NCBI GenBank assembly: GCA_050122535.1
Contig: JASFIT010000002.1
Location: forward strand, 1 to 36,444
Reading direction: 5' to 3'
DNA from: Desulfobacteraceae bacterium
Lineage (GTDB): Bacteria; Desulfobacterota; DSM-4660; Desulfatiglandales; HGW-15
Length of the DNA: 36,444 nt
Shown here: positions 1-8,115 of the stretch, piece after piece
How positions within the stretch are numbered: the first letter of the stretch is position 1
Layout of the letters: every line of letters starts with the position of its first letter
Translations under genes and position numbers: made by a program
Notes under the pieces: generated by a model
Databases searched by the model: none
Seen by the model: the letters and a program-made list of their open reading frames with translations, nothing else
What the model was told of the DNA's origin: nothing

Positions 1-91
1 GCTCATCCTCTCTTATTCTATCCGTGCGATCCTGTAAATCTTGTCTAAGAAAATTTTTCGTGGTTTCTTTTTTTCGTGTTTTCGTGATTAA
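1..91 (-). repeat. Interspersed intergenic repeat copy, inverted relative to the copy at 3253..3335 and possibly cut by the window edge
   Basis: Read in reverse complement, bases 1-47 match 3294..3335 (TAGACArGATTTACAGGATCGCmCGGA...). Bases 69-91 match 3267..3288 (TTAATCACGAAAACACrAAAAA). Aligned by eye only. Confidence 0.6.
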
Positions 92-159
92 TAGTCGTGT
101 CTGAAATTCTCGTACTGAGGGACTGATGGGTTTTGAAACTACTAAAGGGGTGCACCATC

Positions 160-1170
160 ATGACTTCCAAAGATAAAACATTCGTCCTAGCAGGCGACAT
201 CGGCGGCACCAAGACGAATTTGGGCCTCTTTCAAATGGGTAAAACGAGGCCCAGTCCCAGGAAGATGGAGACCTATTCCAGTAGAGATGCACCTAATTTG
301 GAACACATTATTGGTCGCTTTCTTGAAAAGCATAAGGTCACGATCATAAGTGCATGCTTTGGTGTCGCAGGCCCTGTACAGGGCGGTCGATCCAAGACCA
401 CCAACCTGCCGTGGACTATATCTGAAAATACTATCAAAAAGCGTTTCAAATGGAATCATGTCATTTTGATCAATGACCTGACAGCAACGGCTTACGCGAT
501 TCCCCTGCTGAGTAACAAAGAACTTCACGCTTTGAACAAGGCAAAGGCAAGAAAAGGGCAGAACCTGGGACTCGTTGCCCCAGGCACAGGGCTAGGTATG
601 GCCTTGTTGATTTGGGTGGGGAATAGATATATCCCTGTGGCTTCAGAGGGTGGGCATGCTAATTTTGGGCCAAGTGACTTGATGGAGGCAGAACTGTGGG
701 CATATCTTTATGAACGTTGGGACCATGTGAGTGTGGAAAGGGTTCTTTCGGGATCAGGTTTGTTTAATATCTATTCATGGCTTCGGGATTCGGGTCGCCA
801 CCATGAACCTGGATGGCTGGCCGACAAAATCAAAGCGGCGGATCCTGCAAGGGCAATCAGTGAGGCTGCATTGGATCGAAAGGATCCTCTGTGTGAAGAA
901 GCACTGGACATATTTATATCTATCTTTGGATCTGTCGCTGGAAATCTCGCACTAACAGGAGTGACCACCGGAGGTATCTACCTGGGCGGGGGTATTCCGC
1001 CCAAGATCTTGCGCAAATTGGATGGGGATACCTTTATGCAGGCATTTACGAATAAAGGGAGGCTTAAAGATCTCTTGGAGAAAATACCGGTCCGTGTGAT
1101 TCTCAATGATAGGGCAGCCCTACTAGGCGCAGCACATTGCGCCTTTGAAATCCAAAAAAATCCGATTTAG
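160..1170 (+). CDS. glk: Glucokinase
   Basis: Long ORF with N-terminal VLAGDIGGTKTNLGLF (DxGGT phosphate-binding motif of glucokinase). C-terminal GGIYLGGGIPPKIL is typical of the Glk family. The ATG at 160 has AAGGGG 9 nt upstream; the track start is a TTG at 133. Confidence 0.85.
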   Translation: MTSKDKTFVLAGDIGGTKTNLGLFQMGKTRPSPRKMETYSSRDAPNLEHIIGRFLEKHKVTIISACFGVAGPVQGGRSKTTNLPWTISENTIKKRFKWNHVILINDLTATAYAIPLLSNKELHALNKAKARKGQNLGLVAPGTGLGMALLIWVGNRYIPVASEGGHANFGPSDLMEAELWAYLYERWDHVSVERVLSGSGLFNIYSWLRDSGRHHEPGWLADKIKAADPARAISEAALDRKDPLCEEALDIFISIFGSVAGNLALTGVTTGGIYLGGGIPPKILRKLDGDTFMQAFTNKGRLKDLLEKIPVRVILNDRAALLGAAHCAFEIQKNPI

Positions 1171-1173
1171 TCG

Positions 1174-1845
1174 TTATTCTCCTTTACCGTGAAATGCGCC
1201 ATTGAAATGTTTAATGGCGCGAGCATGCTTTCCTTTATCATCGTGGCATCTGCGACAGGTGAAAAGTACGTTATGTCCGTCTGTTTTGCCTGGCACCTTC
1301 AGCTTCCTCCGCTCTGGATCCTCAGCATGCTTTCTACTAGGTCCATGACACGTCTCACATCCCACATTAATCTCAATGAATCTTTTTGTTTTTGGGTTCA
1401 ACCCTACCGTATGGCAAGGACCGCAACGCAGACGATAATCTTGATTGGTCCACACACTCCTCATTATCCATTTCTGTTTTCTAAGATGATATAGATACGG
1501 GAATACTTTCCAGTTTTTATCTACAAATGCCACTTTGTTTCTGTCCCCGACTATAAGAAAAACATTATCCCCTTTAATTGGACTATTATGCCAATTGCCC
1601 GGAAGCGATTCTGAAGCATCACTCCTGTATCGAACGAAATGGGACATGTGTTTTCCTGACCAATCTTCATATTTTCCTTGATGACAATTTACACATGCAT
1701 TGGAGCCAATGTAATCCTCTATCTGGGCTTCAGCTGTTATTCCTACGTCACGGACTTGTGTGGCACCACTAGATGCTTTTAGAAACAGAAGCGCAAAAGC
1801 TATGCCTGCAACATAAGTAATATTCTTGCTGCCTTGAGATATCAC
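1174..1845 (-). CDS. Secreted tetrahaem c-type cytochrome
   Basis: GTG start with GGAG 6 nt upstream and a hydrophobic N-terminal signal. Four CxxCH motifs: CVNCH, CGPCH, CETCH, CRRCH. Convergent with glk, with only 3 nt between the stop codons. Confidence 0.8.
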   Translation of the reverse strand: MISQGSKNITYVAGIAFALLFLKASSGATQVRDVGITAEAQIEDYIGSNACVNCHQGKYEDWSGKHMSHFVRYRSDASESLPGNWHNSPIKGDNVFLIVGDRNKVAFVDKNWKVFPYLYHLRKQKWIMRSVWTNQDYRLRCGPCHTVGLNPKTKRFIEINVGCETCHGPSRKHAEDPERRKLKVPGKTDGHNVLFTCRRCHDDKGKHARAIKHFNGAFHGKGE

Positions 1846-2040
1846 CTAGTACTCCATGTTGGATTTCTCAGTGTCTGGATTTCATTAAGATTACAGTTCG
1901 TAACACTTAAAGTCGATAAATTCAAGATTACCCATTAGTCTATAGTTTTTGCAAGTAAAGGTGTATGAATTTGAAGAAATAAATAAGGGGTGTTTTAATG
2001 AGTTGCTTATATATCAATGGAGGTCCCCGTTCTCACAAAG

Positions 2041-2073
2041 AAAAAGGCAGAACCGTGATGACCCTGCCTTTTT
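2041..2073 (-). terminator. Rho-independent terminator of the small Arg-rich gene
   Basis: AAAAGGCAG-N13-CTGCCTTTT hairpin. On the minus strand it is followed by TTTTTCTTTG, 23 nt past the stop at 2096. Confidence 0.7.
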
Positions 2074-2095
2074 CATGGAAAGATTATTCGAAGAT

Positions 2096-2311
2096 TTACC
2101 GGGCCGTAATCTTCCAAAGCGACAGATCGCCTATGAACACACTGCTCCACTTCGTCGCTCTAACCCAATCCTTTCTTCGCTCGTTTTGCGACCTTCGCTC
2201 TATCCAACTTCTCCTCTCCACGCCTCCGTTTAAGAAGTAGTCAAGACTATGCGCCTTTCGTCTATCACTTCCTGAGCGTCTATCGATGGGAGATCGCTCC
2301 TTCTTTGGCAT
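2096..2311 (-). CDS. Small basic protein (71 aa) with tandem [DE]RR[SK] hexad repeats; function unknown
   Basis: ATG is preceded by AGGAG 9 nt upstream, and the gene has its own terminator. Sequence contains DRRS-GS-DRRK ... ERRS-WI-ERRS-QN-ERRK. Confidence 0.6.
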   Translation of the reverse strand: MPKKERSPIDRRSGSDRRKAHSLDYFLNGGVERRSWIERRSQNERRKDWVRATKWSSVFIGDLSLWKITAR

Positions 2312-2490
2312 GTTAATAATCTCCTGCCACTCTCTCCGATTTATCGTTATCTAGTATATATAACTATATGTTGTGTGTCAAGTGGTTAGTAATACAGGAT
2401 ATGGTATCCTGGTGGCGTTGCACCCAAGAGGAATTTTTGAAGGATCACATTACTTAACAAGTTAGCTAATAATGCGACCACCACTGTTAA

Positions 2491-3213
2491 TTAGAGGAGG
2501 TATTCCGGCTTTACATTCTGGAGGGCGTGAAAGATGTTTCCTTTGATCTTTTTATTGGTTCTATAGAAATCCCTTAGCATTTTCTTGACATCTTCTCTTT
2601 TTGAAGAGCCCGCTGTGGGGCAACCCAAGTCTATCTTAGGCCATTCCATGGACTTGGCATACCTCCTTATCTTGTCTTCTTCAAGCATGTATAGAGGTCT
2701 TATCGCCGTGACCTTTCCATTAAAGAACTCCTGAACGGGCAGCATGGTGCTTATGGACGCACCATAGAAGATGTTTAAGAAAAATGTTTCAATCAGATCG
2801 TCCTTGTGATGACCAAAGGCGATCTTGTTGCACTCCAATTCACCGGCTATTTGGAAAAGGATCTTTCTTCGGAGGCGAGAGCAGAGGAAGCACGGGTTCT
2901 CCCGGTTTTCTGGTCCGTGCGCCTTCGGACCAATATCGCTTTGCAGAACCCGATACTCAAAACCATGCTCCGAAAAGAAAGATTCCATCTGCCCTGCAGA
3001 GTCAGCACCGAAGCCGGGATCCACATGGACTGCAGTGATCTGGTATTCAATGGGTATTTTTTCTATTCGCTCCCTAAGAAGCCACAAAAGAGACATGCTA
3101 TCCTTTCCACCTGATACGGCCACGAGCACATGATCCCCGTCTTCAATCATCTGCCGGCTGTTTATGGCCTTACCCATCAACCGCTTCATTTCTTTATTTA
3201 CATAATTTGCCAT
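2491..3213 (-). CDS. ttcA: tRNA 2-thiocytidine(32) synthetase TtcA-like PP-loop ATPase
   Basis: SGGKDS PP-loop, NPCFLCSRLRRK CxxC motif and AFGHHKDDLIETFFLN, all typical of the TtcA family. Confidence 0.85.
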   Translation of the reverse strand: MANYVNKEMKRLMGKAINSRQMIEDGDHVLVAVSGGKDSMSLLWLLRERIEKIPIEYQITAVHVDPGFGADSAGQMESFFSEHGFEYRVLQSDIGPKAHGPENRENPCFLCSRLRRKILFQIAGELECNKIAFGHHKDDLIETFFLNIFYGASISTMLPVQEFFNGKVTAIRPLYMLEEDKIRRYAKSMEWPKIDLGCPTAGSSKREDVKKMLRDFYRTNKKIKGNIFHALQNVKPEYLL

Positions 3214-3252
3214 TTGCCACTGGAATTAGCCACAGTCCCAAAGAAAAAGAAG

Positions 3253-3335
3253 TTTAGACAAGATTCTTAATCACGAAAACACAAAAAAGCTCCTAGACAG
3301 GATTTACAGGATCGCCCGGACAAGAAAAGGAGCGG
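3253..3335 (+). repeat. Interspersed intergenic repeat, second copy of the family seen at 1..91
   Basis: TTAATCACGAAAACACAAAAAA (3267..3288) and TAGACAGGATTTACAGGATCGCCCGGACAAGAAAAGGAGCGG (3294..3335) match the reverse complement of the window start. An extra TTTAGACAAGATT half-copy sits at 3253..3265. Confidence 0.6.
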
Positions 3336-3462
3336 TGGGAACCCCAATACCCCGACTCGTAGGGCGGGTATCCCTCAAAAAATTTTTTTGACACGGGTTT
3401 CGCGTAGCGAAACACACGGATTGCACGGATATATCAACACAGGCTGAATGATCGCTCACAAA

Positions 3463-3486
3463 CTCCCCGCACACTGGTGCGGGGAG
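3463..3486. repeat. REP-like perfect hairpin CTCCCCGCAC-ACTG-GTGCGGGGAG; possible weak terminator for yggS
   Basis: 10-bp perfect stem. It shares the core CCCCGCAC/GTGCGGGG with the hairpin at 14240..14272. On the minus strand only TTTG follows. Confidence 0.6.
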
Positions 3487-3541
3487 GCCTTGATGACTCA
3501 CATTGCGTCTGCGGAAAAGTCTGTGTGTGACTCCGGCTTAA

Positions 3542-4228
3542 TTACCCGTATTCGCGTTCGCCGAAGATCTTTGTGCCTATCCTGACCATGTTGGCGCCTT
3601 CTTCAAGGGCCACCTTATAGGAATTGGACATGCCCATGGAGAGATATCTCATCTCTACATTGGGCAAATGCATTTCTTTCAGTTTTTCAAAGATCTCGCT
3701 CGTCTTTACGAAGTAAGGTCGGGCGTCCTCCGGATCGCCTGTGAATGGTCCCATGGTCATGAGGCCCATGATTTTTATATGTTCCAGAGCCGACATCTCC
3801 TGGATCAAAGTGAGGGCATCATCTGGCAGGACGCCTGCTTTCTGAGTCTCCTCACCGCTGTTGATTTCGATCAACACGGGCATTACCTTATCGATTTTGC
3901 CGCAACACTTGTCAATTTCCCTGGCAAGCTTCATGGAATCGACCGTTTCTATCATGTCGAAAACCCTGACAGCCTTTTTCGCTTTGTTCCGCTGAAGATG
4001 CCCTATCATGTGCCACTTGGCCCTGTTTCCAACAACCTGGAAGGCTCTCTCTGCCTCCTGCACATAATTCTCGCCAATGATCTCCAGACCGGCTGCCACG
4101 GCCTCGTCAATTTCTTCAGGCGTTCTAGTCTTTGCTGCGCCTACCAGATGAACACCCTCTGGCAGTTCCGCCAATATCTCTTTCACGTTTTCCTTAATCA
4201 TCTTCCGCCCCTTCCCATTGCCGTCCAA
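3542..4228 (-). CDS. yggS: YggS-family pyridoxal-phosphate homeostasis protein
   Basis: VGAAKTRTPEEI and HMIGHLQRNKAKK motifs; ~225 aa, typical of the family. An alternative ATG lies at 4201 (MIKENVKEIL). Confidence 0.9.
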   Translation of the reverse strand: MDGNGKGRKMIKENVKEILAELPEGVHLVGAAKTRTPEEIDEAVAAGLEIIGENYVQEAERAFQVVGNRAKWHMIGHLQRNKAKKAVRVFDMIETVDSMKLAREIDKCCGKIDKVMPVLIEINSGEETQKAGVLPDDALTLIQEMSALEHIKIMGLMTMGPFTGDPEDARPYFVKTSEIFEKLKEMHLPNVEMRYLSMGMSNSYKVALEEGANMVRIGTKIFGEREYG

Positions 4229-4332
4229 AAAATACTCGAAACCTCAATTAGGGATACATCAGCACTTGATTCTTCTCAATGCAGTCTGAAAGCAAGAAAT
4301 GGGTTTGTCTTATGTTTTCAGGAATAAGTAAG

Positions 4333-4414
4333 CCCCCCTTTGCTAAAGGGGGGTCGGGGGGATTTCATGACGGCCTTTTAAAAATCCCCCTCTATCCCCC
4401 TTTATAAAAGGGGG
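4333..4414. repeat. Cluster of three C-run/G-run hairpins (intergenic palindromic repeat)
   Basis: CCCCCC-TTTGCTAAA-GGGGGG (4333..4353), GGGGGGATTT...AAATCCCCC (4356..4390) and CCCCC-TTTATAAAA-GGGGG (4396..4414). Confidence 0.6.
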
Positions 4415-4613
4415 AAGCTAATGTGATCCTGTACCAAAAAGGGTTTTTATGGCAATGCTGCCCAAGTGTAAATCGATTTTGGACAGGAGTGATCCCCTCC
4501 AAGAATAGAGATACTCCAATTCATGAGGCGTGTAAAGACACATGGCGGAAGAAGTGCGTGGTGACGAAAAAACCCCTGGCTGCGCCACGGGTTACTTTCT
4601 TAGCAGGTGGATA

Positions 4614-5021
4614 TTAGTGCTTGCCAGGATCGAGGGGTACCCCGCGTCTCTCCCATGTAATATAGGCCTCCAGGGCAATCATTTTGGGATCGTCCAGCTC
4701 CATGGGCTCACCCTCCAGGGGATTTTCAATACACCAGTTGATCATATCCCTTAAGGTAGCTACAGAACCTATCTGTTTTTGAAACTTGGGATAGGTTTCT
4801 GGGTGGGTATTGGATGCATTGGGATGGCACATATCACAAGAAACACTATTGGTGCCGAGTGCACTGTGGAAGAGTTTTTCCCCTTGGATAACCACATCCA
4901 TAAAAGCGTCCTGCCATTTTTTGAGATCTTCTTTTTTAAATTCATCGGCTCTCAGGCCCGGGATTAGGCTTGCCGCCAAGATAAATGCTAGACTTACACA
5001 GAGAATGACTTTGTATCTCAT
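4614..5021 (-). CDS. Periplasmic monohaem c-type cytochrome
   Basis: The ATG at 5021 is preceded by AAAGGAGGG 5 nt upstream. Signal peptide MRYKVILCVSLAFILAASL and a single CDMCH motif. LRDMINWCIENPLEG...IALEAYI resembles the SoxA/TsdA-type cytochrome fold; that resemblance is from memory, not searched. Confidence 0.75.
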   Translation of the reverse strand: MRYKVILCVSLAFILAASLIPGLRADEFKKEDLKKWQDAFMDVVIQGEKLFHSALGTNSVSCDMCHPNASNTHPETYPKFQKQIGSVATLRDMINWCIENPLEGEPMELDDPKMIALEAYITWERRGVPLDPGKH

Positions 5022-5051
5022 AAGAACCCTCCTTTGGCCACCCCCACTCAA

Positions 5052-5074
5052 CCCTCCCCCTTCAAGGGGGAGGG
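5052..5074. repeat. Intercistronic hairpin CCCTCCCCC-TTCAA-GGGGGAGGG
   Basis: 9-bp perfect stem between the stop of 5095..6171 and the start of the cytochrome gene. Same C-run/G-run style as 4333..4414. Confidence 0.6.
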
Positions 5075-5094
5075 CAGGGAGGGGGTATTATCTT

Positions 5095-6171
5095 TTAATA
5101 ATGCATTTGCGGTGGTATTCGTTTTGAAGGATCCTGGTACTGTGAATCCATGAAATGCCCAGCCTTTTCGTCGTATGCGATGGTTCTTGATGTGTTTTCC
5201 CATAAATCAAAATGCTGGGATACTCGGCCAGTTTCAAGAGTAACCTGAGACCATCCGGTCGCATCTCTTTCATGAAACGGGTCTGCCCGATTCATAAAGA
5301 CGGTCATCTTGGGTACCATGTTGCGTTTTTGGTTGTAGCTGACCGGATAAGGCCAAGGCCATGCGGTGGACATCCACGCTTGAAAGCTGATGTTTTCGAT
5401 CTGATTATAGAGAATCTGATGGACATGGCCATGCAGAACGGTCACCTTCTTGAATGGCCTTATTAAACTCTGGACCAGCTCCGCATCATCTGTCCAGAAG
5501 TTCCAAGGCTTAAAGACCTTGTAAAGTGGTGAATGAGACAAAACGATGATTGGTGTATCATGGCTCACTTTGGAGAGGTCTGTTTTCAACCAGTTGATCT
5601 GCTCGAGTCCCACCATGAAGGGTGACCCTTGGGGATTGTCGAGTCTGGCCATCTGTAACATCCGCTCTTCGGGGGTGCGCCAGCGTCTAATCCAGTCTTC
5701 ATAGGTGAGAATGCTGTTCAATACGACAAAGTGAACCCCTTTATGATCGAAGCTATAATAAAGCTTGCTCACTTTCTGTTCCCAGTACTTTCCCATATCC
5801 AGATAGAAGTCATGTTCTCCAATGACGAACTTAATAGGGACCTCAATCTTGGAAAGCATTTCCAGTCCGTGATCGATCTCCTCTTTTTTACCAAGCTGAG
5901 CGAGATCCCCGCCGAAGACAATAAAATCAGGTTGAGGCCACATGAGGCCGATCTCAGCGACCGCTTGCTGCAATCCCTTGTCAAAGTTATTCACAAATTT
6001 TGTGCCCTTGATATGGGTGAGATGGGAGTCAGAAATGACGCCAAACGTAAATTTTTCTCCCTCCTTTCCCCAGCAAACGTCAACGAGTTTCAAGGGCAAC
6101 ATGGACGCAGCTGTGAATGTGGCCGTTGCTTTCAAGAAAGACCGTCGTGTCATCGACTTTCCTTTAGACAT
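5095..6171 (-). CDS. Tat-exported calcineurin-like metallophosphoesterase
   Basis: The ATG is preceded by AAAGGAGG 6 nt upstream. Twin-arginine signal MTRRSFLKATATFTAASMLP. Metallophosphoesterase motifs VISDSH, FGGDL, IGEHD, LSHSP and LHGHVH. Confidence 0.8.
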   Translation of the reverse strand: MSKGKSMTRRSFLKATATFTAASMLPLKLVDVCWGKEGEKFTFGVISDSHLTHIKGTKFVNNFDKGLQQAVAEIGLMWPQPDFIVFGGDLAQLGKKEEIDHGLEMLSKIEVPIKFVIGEHDFYLDMGKYWEQKVSKLYYSFDHKGVHFVVLNSILTYEDWIRRWRTPEERMLQMARLDNPQGSPFMVGLEQINWLKTDLSKVSHDTPIIVLSHSPLYKVFKPWNFWTDDAELVQSLIRPFKKVTVLHGHVHQILYNQIENISFQAWMSTAWPWPYPVSYNQKRNMVPKMTVFMNRADPFHERDATGWSQVTLETGRVSQHFDLWENTSRTIAYDEKAGHFMDSQYQDPSKRIPPQMHY

Positions 6172-6210
6172 GATTTACCTCCTTTCTAACTAAGGGTTAA
6201 GCATATCTTA

Positions 6211-7320
6211 TTATTTATTCAAATTCTTGAATTCCGGGCTGGTCAATGCCTTCATAAATTCAATGATGTCTTTAATTTCCTGGTCTGTGAGGTCAAGGAC
6301 TCGAACGCTGCCCAAAAAGGGGTTCTTCTCGCCACCTTTATTATATAGCTCCATCACTTCTTCCAGCGTCTTCATACTCCCGTCATGCATGTAAGGACCC
6401 GTAGCCGCGATGTTCCGTAAGGTAGGTGTTTTGAATGCACCTATATCCGATGTTTTCAAAGTGACGACAAAGCGACCTAATTCAGAGATCTCCGCATCGC
6501 TGAATTTTGATGTATCAGGTTCTCTGCCCTGCTGTTTTGCCATCCTAAATTCTCTGACCATTTCGCGGAGCCGAGGCTGAATTTTCTTAAAGCCTACACC
6601 CAGGTTGTGGAATTTGTTGTCCGTGAAAATGGCATGGTTTTCGCTGATCGCATGGCATTCCTGACAACGGGCTTTTCCCTTATAGAGCTCCAACCCCCTT
6701 ACGGCAGACTCAGAGAGTGCCGTCTTGTCCCCACCATAAGCGTACCGGTCAAAGGGGGAATCACCAGAAATTACCGTTCGTTCGAAACTGGCGATGGCCT
6801 TGACCACATGGTCAATGGTAATCTGTTCCGGCTTAACACCGAATACACGTTTAAATTCCTCCATATACCCTTTATCCTTCCGGATCACGTTGACAATGAA
6901 GTCGTGAAACCCATGTTCTTTGCCAAGCCCGTGTTCCACAGGGTTCAAAAAAGGGTCTTTGGCCTGCTCTTCCAGGCTAAGACGGCGGCCGTCCCAAAAC
7001 TGGCTCGTGTAAAAGGCTGAATTGATTACAGTAGGTGAATTGCGGGTCCCCTTGAGCTTTTTGATCCCCTCTGCCACGGGCAATCCATCAGCAAAGGCCT
7101 TTACCGGATCATGACAATGGGCGCAACTGATGGTCCCATCCGCGCTGAAGCGCTTGTCTACAAACAGCTTTTTCCCCAAGGCAATTTTTTCTGCCGTTTG
7201 AGGATTCTCCTCTGGTATGGGCACGGGAGGCAAACCCAATGGAGGCTTTTCCTGGGACAAAGGACTGCCTGTCCATAAAAGGATTGAAAGACCGGTGCAC
7301 AAAAGAATTATGGTCCTCAT
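6211..7320 (-). CDS. Di-haem cytochrome c peroxidase (CCP/MauG family)
   Basis: Signal peptide and two haem motifs (CAHCH, CQECH). FKTPTLRNIAATGPYMHDGS is typical of bacterial CCP. Only 39 nt upstream of the metallophosphoesterase gene. Confidence 0.85.
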   Translation of the reverse strand: MRTIILLCTGLSILLWTGSPLSQEKPPLGLPPVPIPEENPQTAEKIALGKKLFVDKRFSADGTISCAHCHDPVKAFADGLPVAEGIKKLKGTRNSPTVINSAFYTSQFWDGRRLSLEEQAKDPFLNPVEHGLGKEHGFHDFIVNVIRKDKGYMEEFKRVFGVKPEQITIDHVVKAIASFERTVISGDSPFDRYAYGGDKTALSESAVRGLELYKGKARCQECHAISENHAIFTDNKFHNLGVGFKKIQPRLREMVREFRMAKQQGREPDTSKFSDAEISELGRFVVTLKTSDIGAFKTPTLRNIAATGPYMHDGSMKTLEEVMELYNKGGEKNPFLGSVRVLDLTDQEIKDIIEFMKALTSPEFKNLNK

Positions 7321-7429
7321 TTCACTCCCCCCTTTAAAAGAATTCTGGGACTAAGAGGGCTTTCTGAAGGCTTAAGCAAGCCCAAAACGCTGCGTCCCAT
7401 AAGTAGCAAATATTCTCCGCCTAATTTCC

Positions 7430-7843
7430 TCATGCATTGGAGGCTCGAGCCCTGCACTCTGAACATATGCCATAATATTCCAGCCTGAAGTTTTCCACTT
7501 GGAAGCCAAATCTTTCTTTTACTTCGCTAGCGTGGATGGTCGATCCTTCTTCAAAATCCTGTATCTTGCCGCATGAAGTGCAAATGAGGTTTATGTGAGG
7601 GGCCTGATTGGTTTCGTGGCGATTGTCCATTGCCTGAAAGTCCAAGATCTTAATCAGCCCCATTCGGGCGAGCGTTTCTAAGGTATTGTAGACCGTAGCC
7701 AAGCTCAGTCCAGGGTGATCCTTCTTCGCTTCTTGAAAGACTTGTTGCGCACTGGGGTGGGCGTCAGTATTGGCGAGGAAATTCAATATAGCCTTACGCT
7801 GCCGGGTGAGACGATACCCGGCTGCACGAAGTGCCTTTTCCAT
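7430..7843 (-). CDS. Fur-family metalloregulator (Fur/PerR/Zur type not resolvable)
   Basis: 137 aa with a winged-helix region LSLATVYNTLETLARMGLI. Paired CxxC motifs (CTSCG, CSECR) typical of the Fur-family structural Zn site. Confidence 0.8.
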   Translation of the reverse strand: MEKALRAAGYRLTRQRKAILNFLANTDAHPSAQQVFQEAKKDHPGLSLATVYNTLETLARMGLIKILDFQAMDNRHETNQAPHINLICTSCGKIQDFEEGSTIHASEVKERFGFQVENFRLEYYGICSECRARASNA

Positions 7844-7893
7844 CTCCCGAGTTGTGCGGATGATTTTCAGGACCCCCCCTAGACAAACCGTTA

Positions 7894-7921
7894 AATTAGA
7901 ACGATTCTAAACAAATTGTCA
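7894..7921 (-). promoter_or_regulatory. Sigma70-type promoter of the Fur-family gene
   Basis: The minus strand reads TTGACA (7916..7921), a 16-nt spacer, then TCTAAT (7894..7899). It lies about 50 nt upstream of the ATG at 7843. Confidence 0.6.
7895..7909. promoter_or_regulatory. Candidate Fur-family operator, palindrome TTAGAA-CGA-TTCTAA
   Basis: Perfect 6-3-6 inverted repeat overlapping the -10 hexamer and spacer of the promoter above. This layout is typical of autorepression. Confidence 0.5.
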
Positions 7922-8055
7922 AGAGAATTTTTGTGAATTTACCTAGATGGGCGTAGAGGGTGTTTGGAGAGATTAAAGGGGAAGTAGCGGGCCAAGGGTA
8001 GCAGGAAGAACGGATCAAGAGGTTATGTTGATAATTGGGAAAGGGCACAGAAAAA

Positions 8056-8098
8056 GGGCCACCACAACTAAATCAAAAATGTGTGGTGACCCTTTTTT
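8056..8098 (-). terminator. Bidirectional rho-independent terminator downstream of the selenoprotein gene
   Basis: GGGCCACCACA...TGTGGTGACCC stem (10 of 11 bp). It is flanked by AAAAA on one side and TTTTTT on the other, so a U-run follows the hairpin on either strand. Confidence 0.7.
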
Positions 8099-8115
8099 CT
8101 GAATTTATTTTTCTT

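Noticed and set aside
2402-2416. Sigma54-like TGGTAT-N5-TGGC element on the plus strand
   Set aside because: It points into the 3' end of the minus-strand ttcA gene, with no plus-strand gene downstream, and the match to TGGCAC-N5-TTGC is imperfect.
3668-4327. 219-aa plus-strand ORF
   Set aside because: It lies entirely antisense to the well-supported yggS gene. It has no start context or recognisable motifs, and is a typical shadow ORF.
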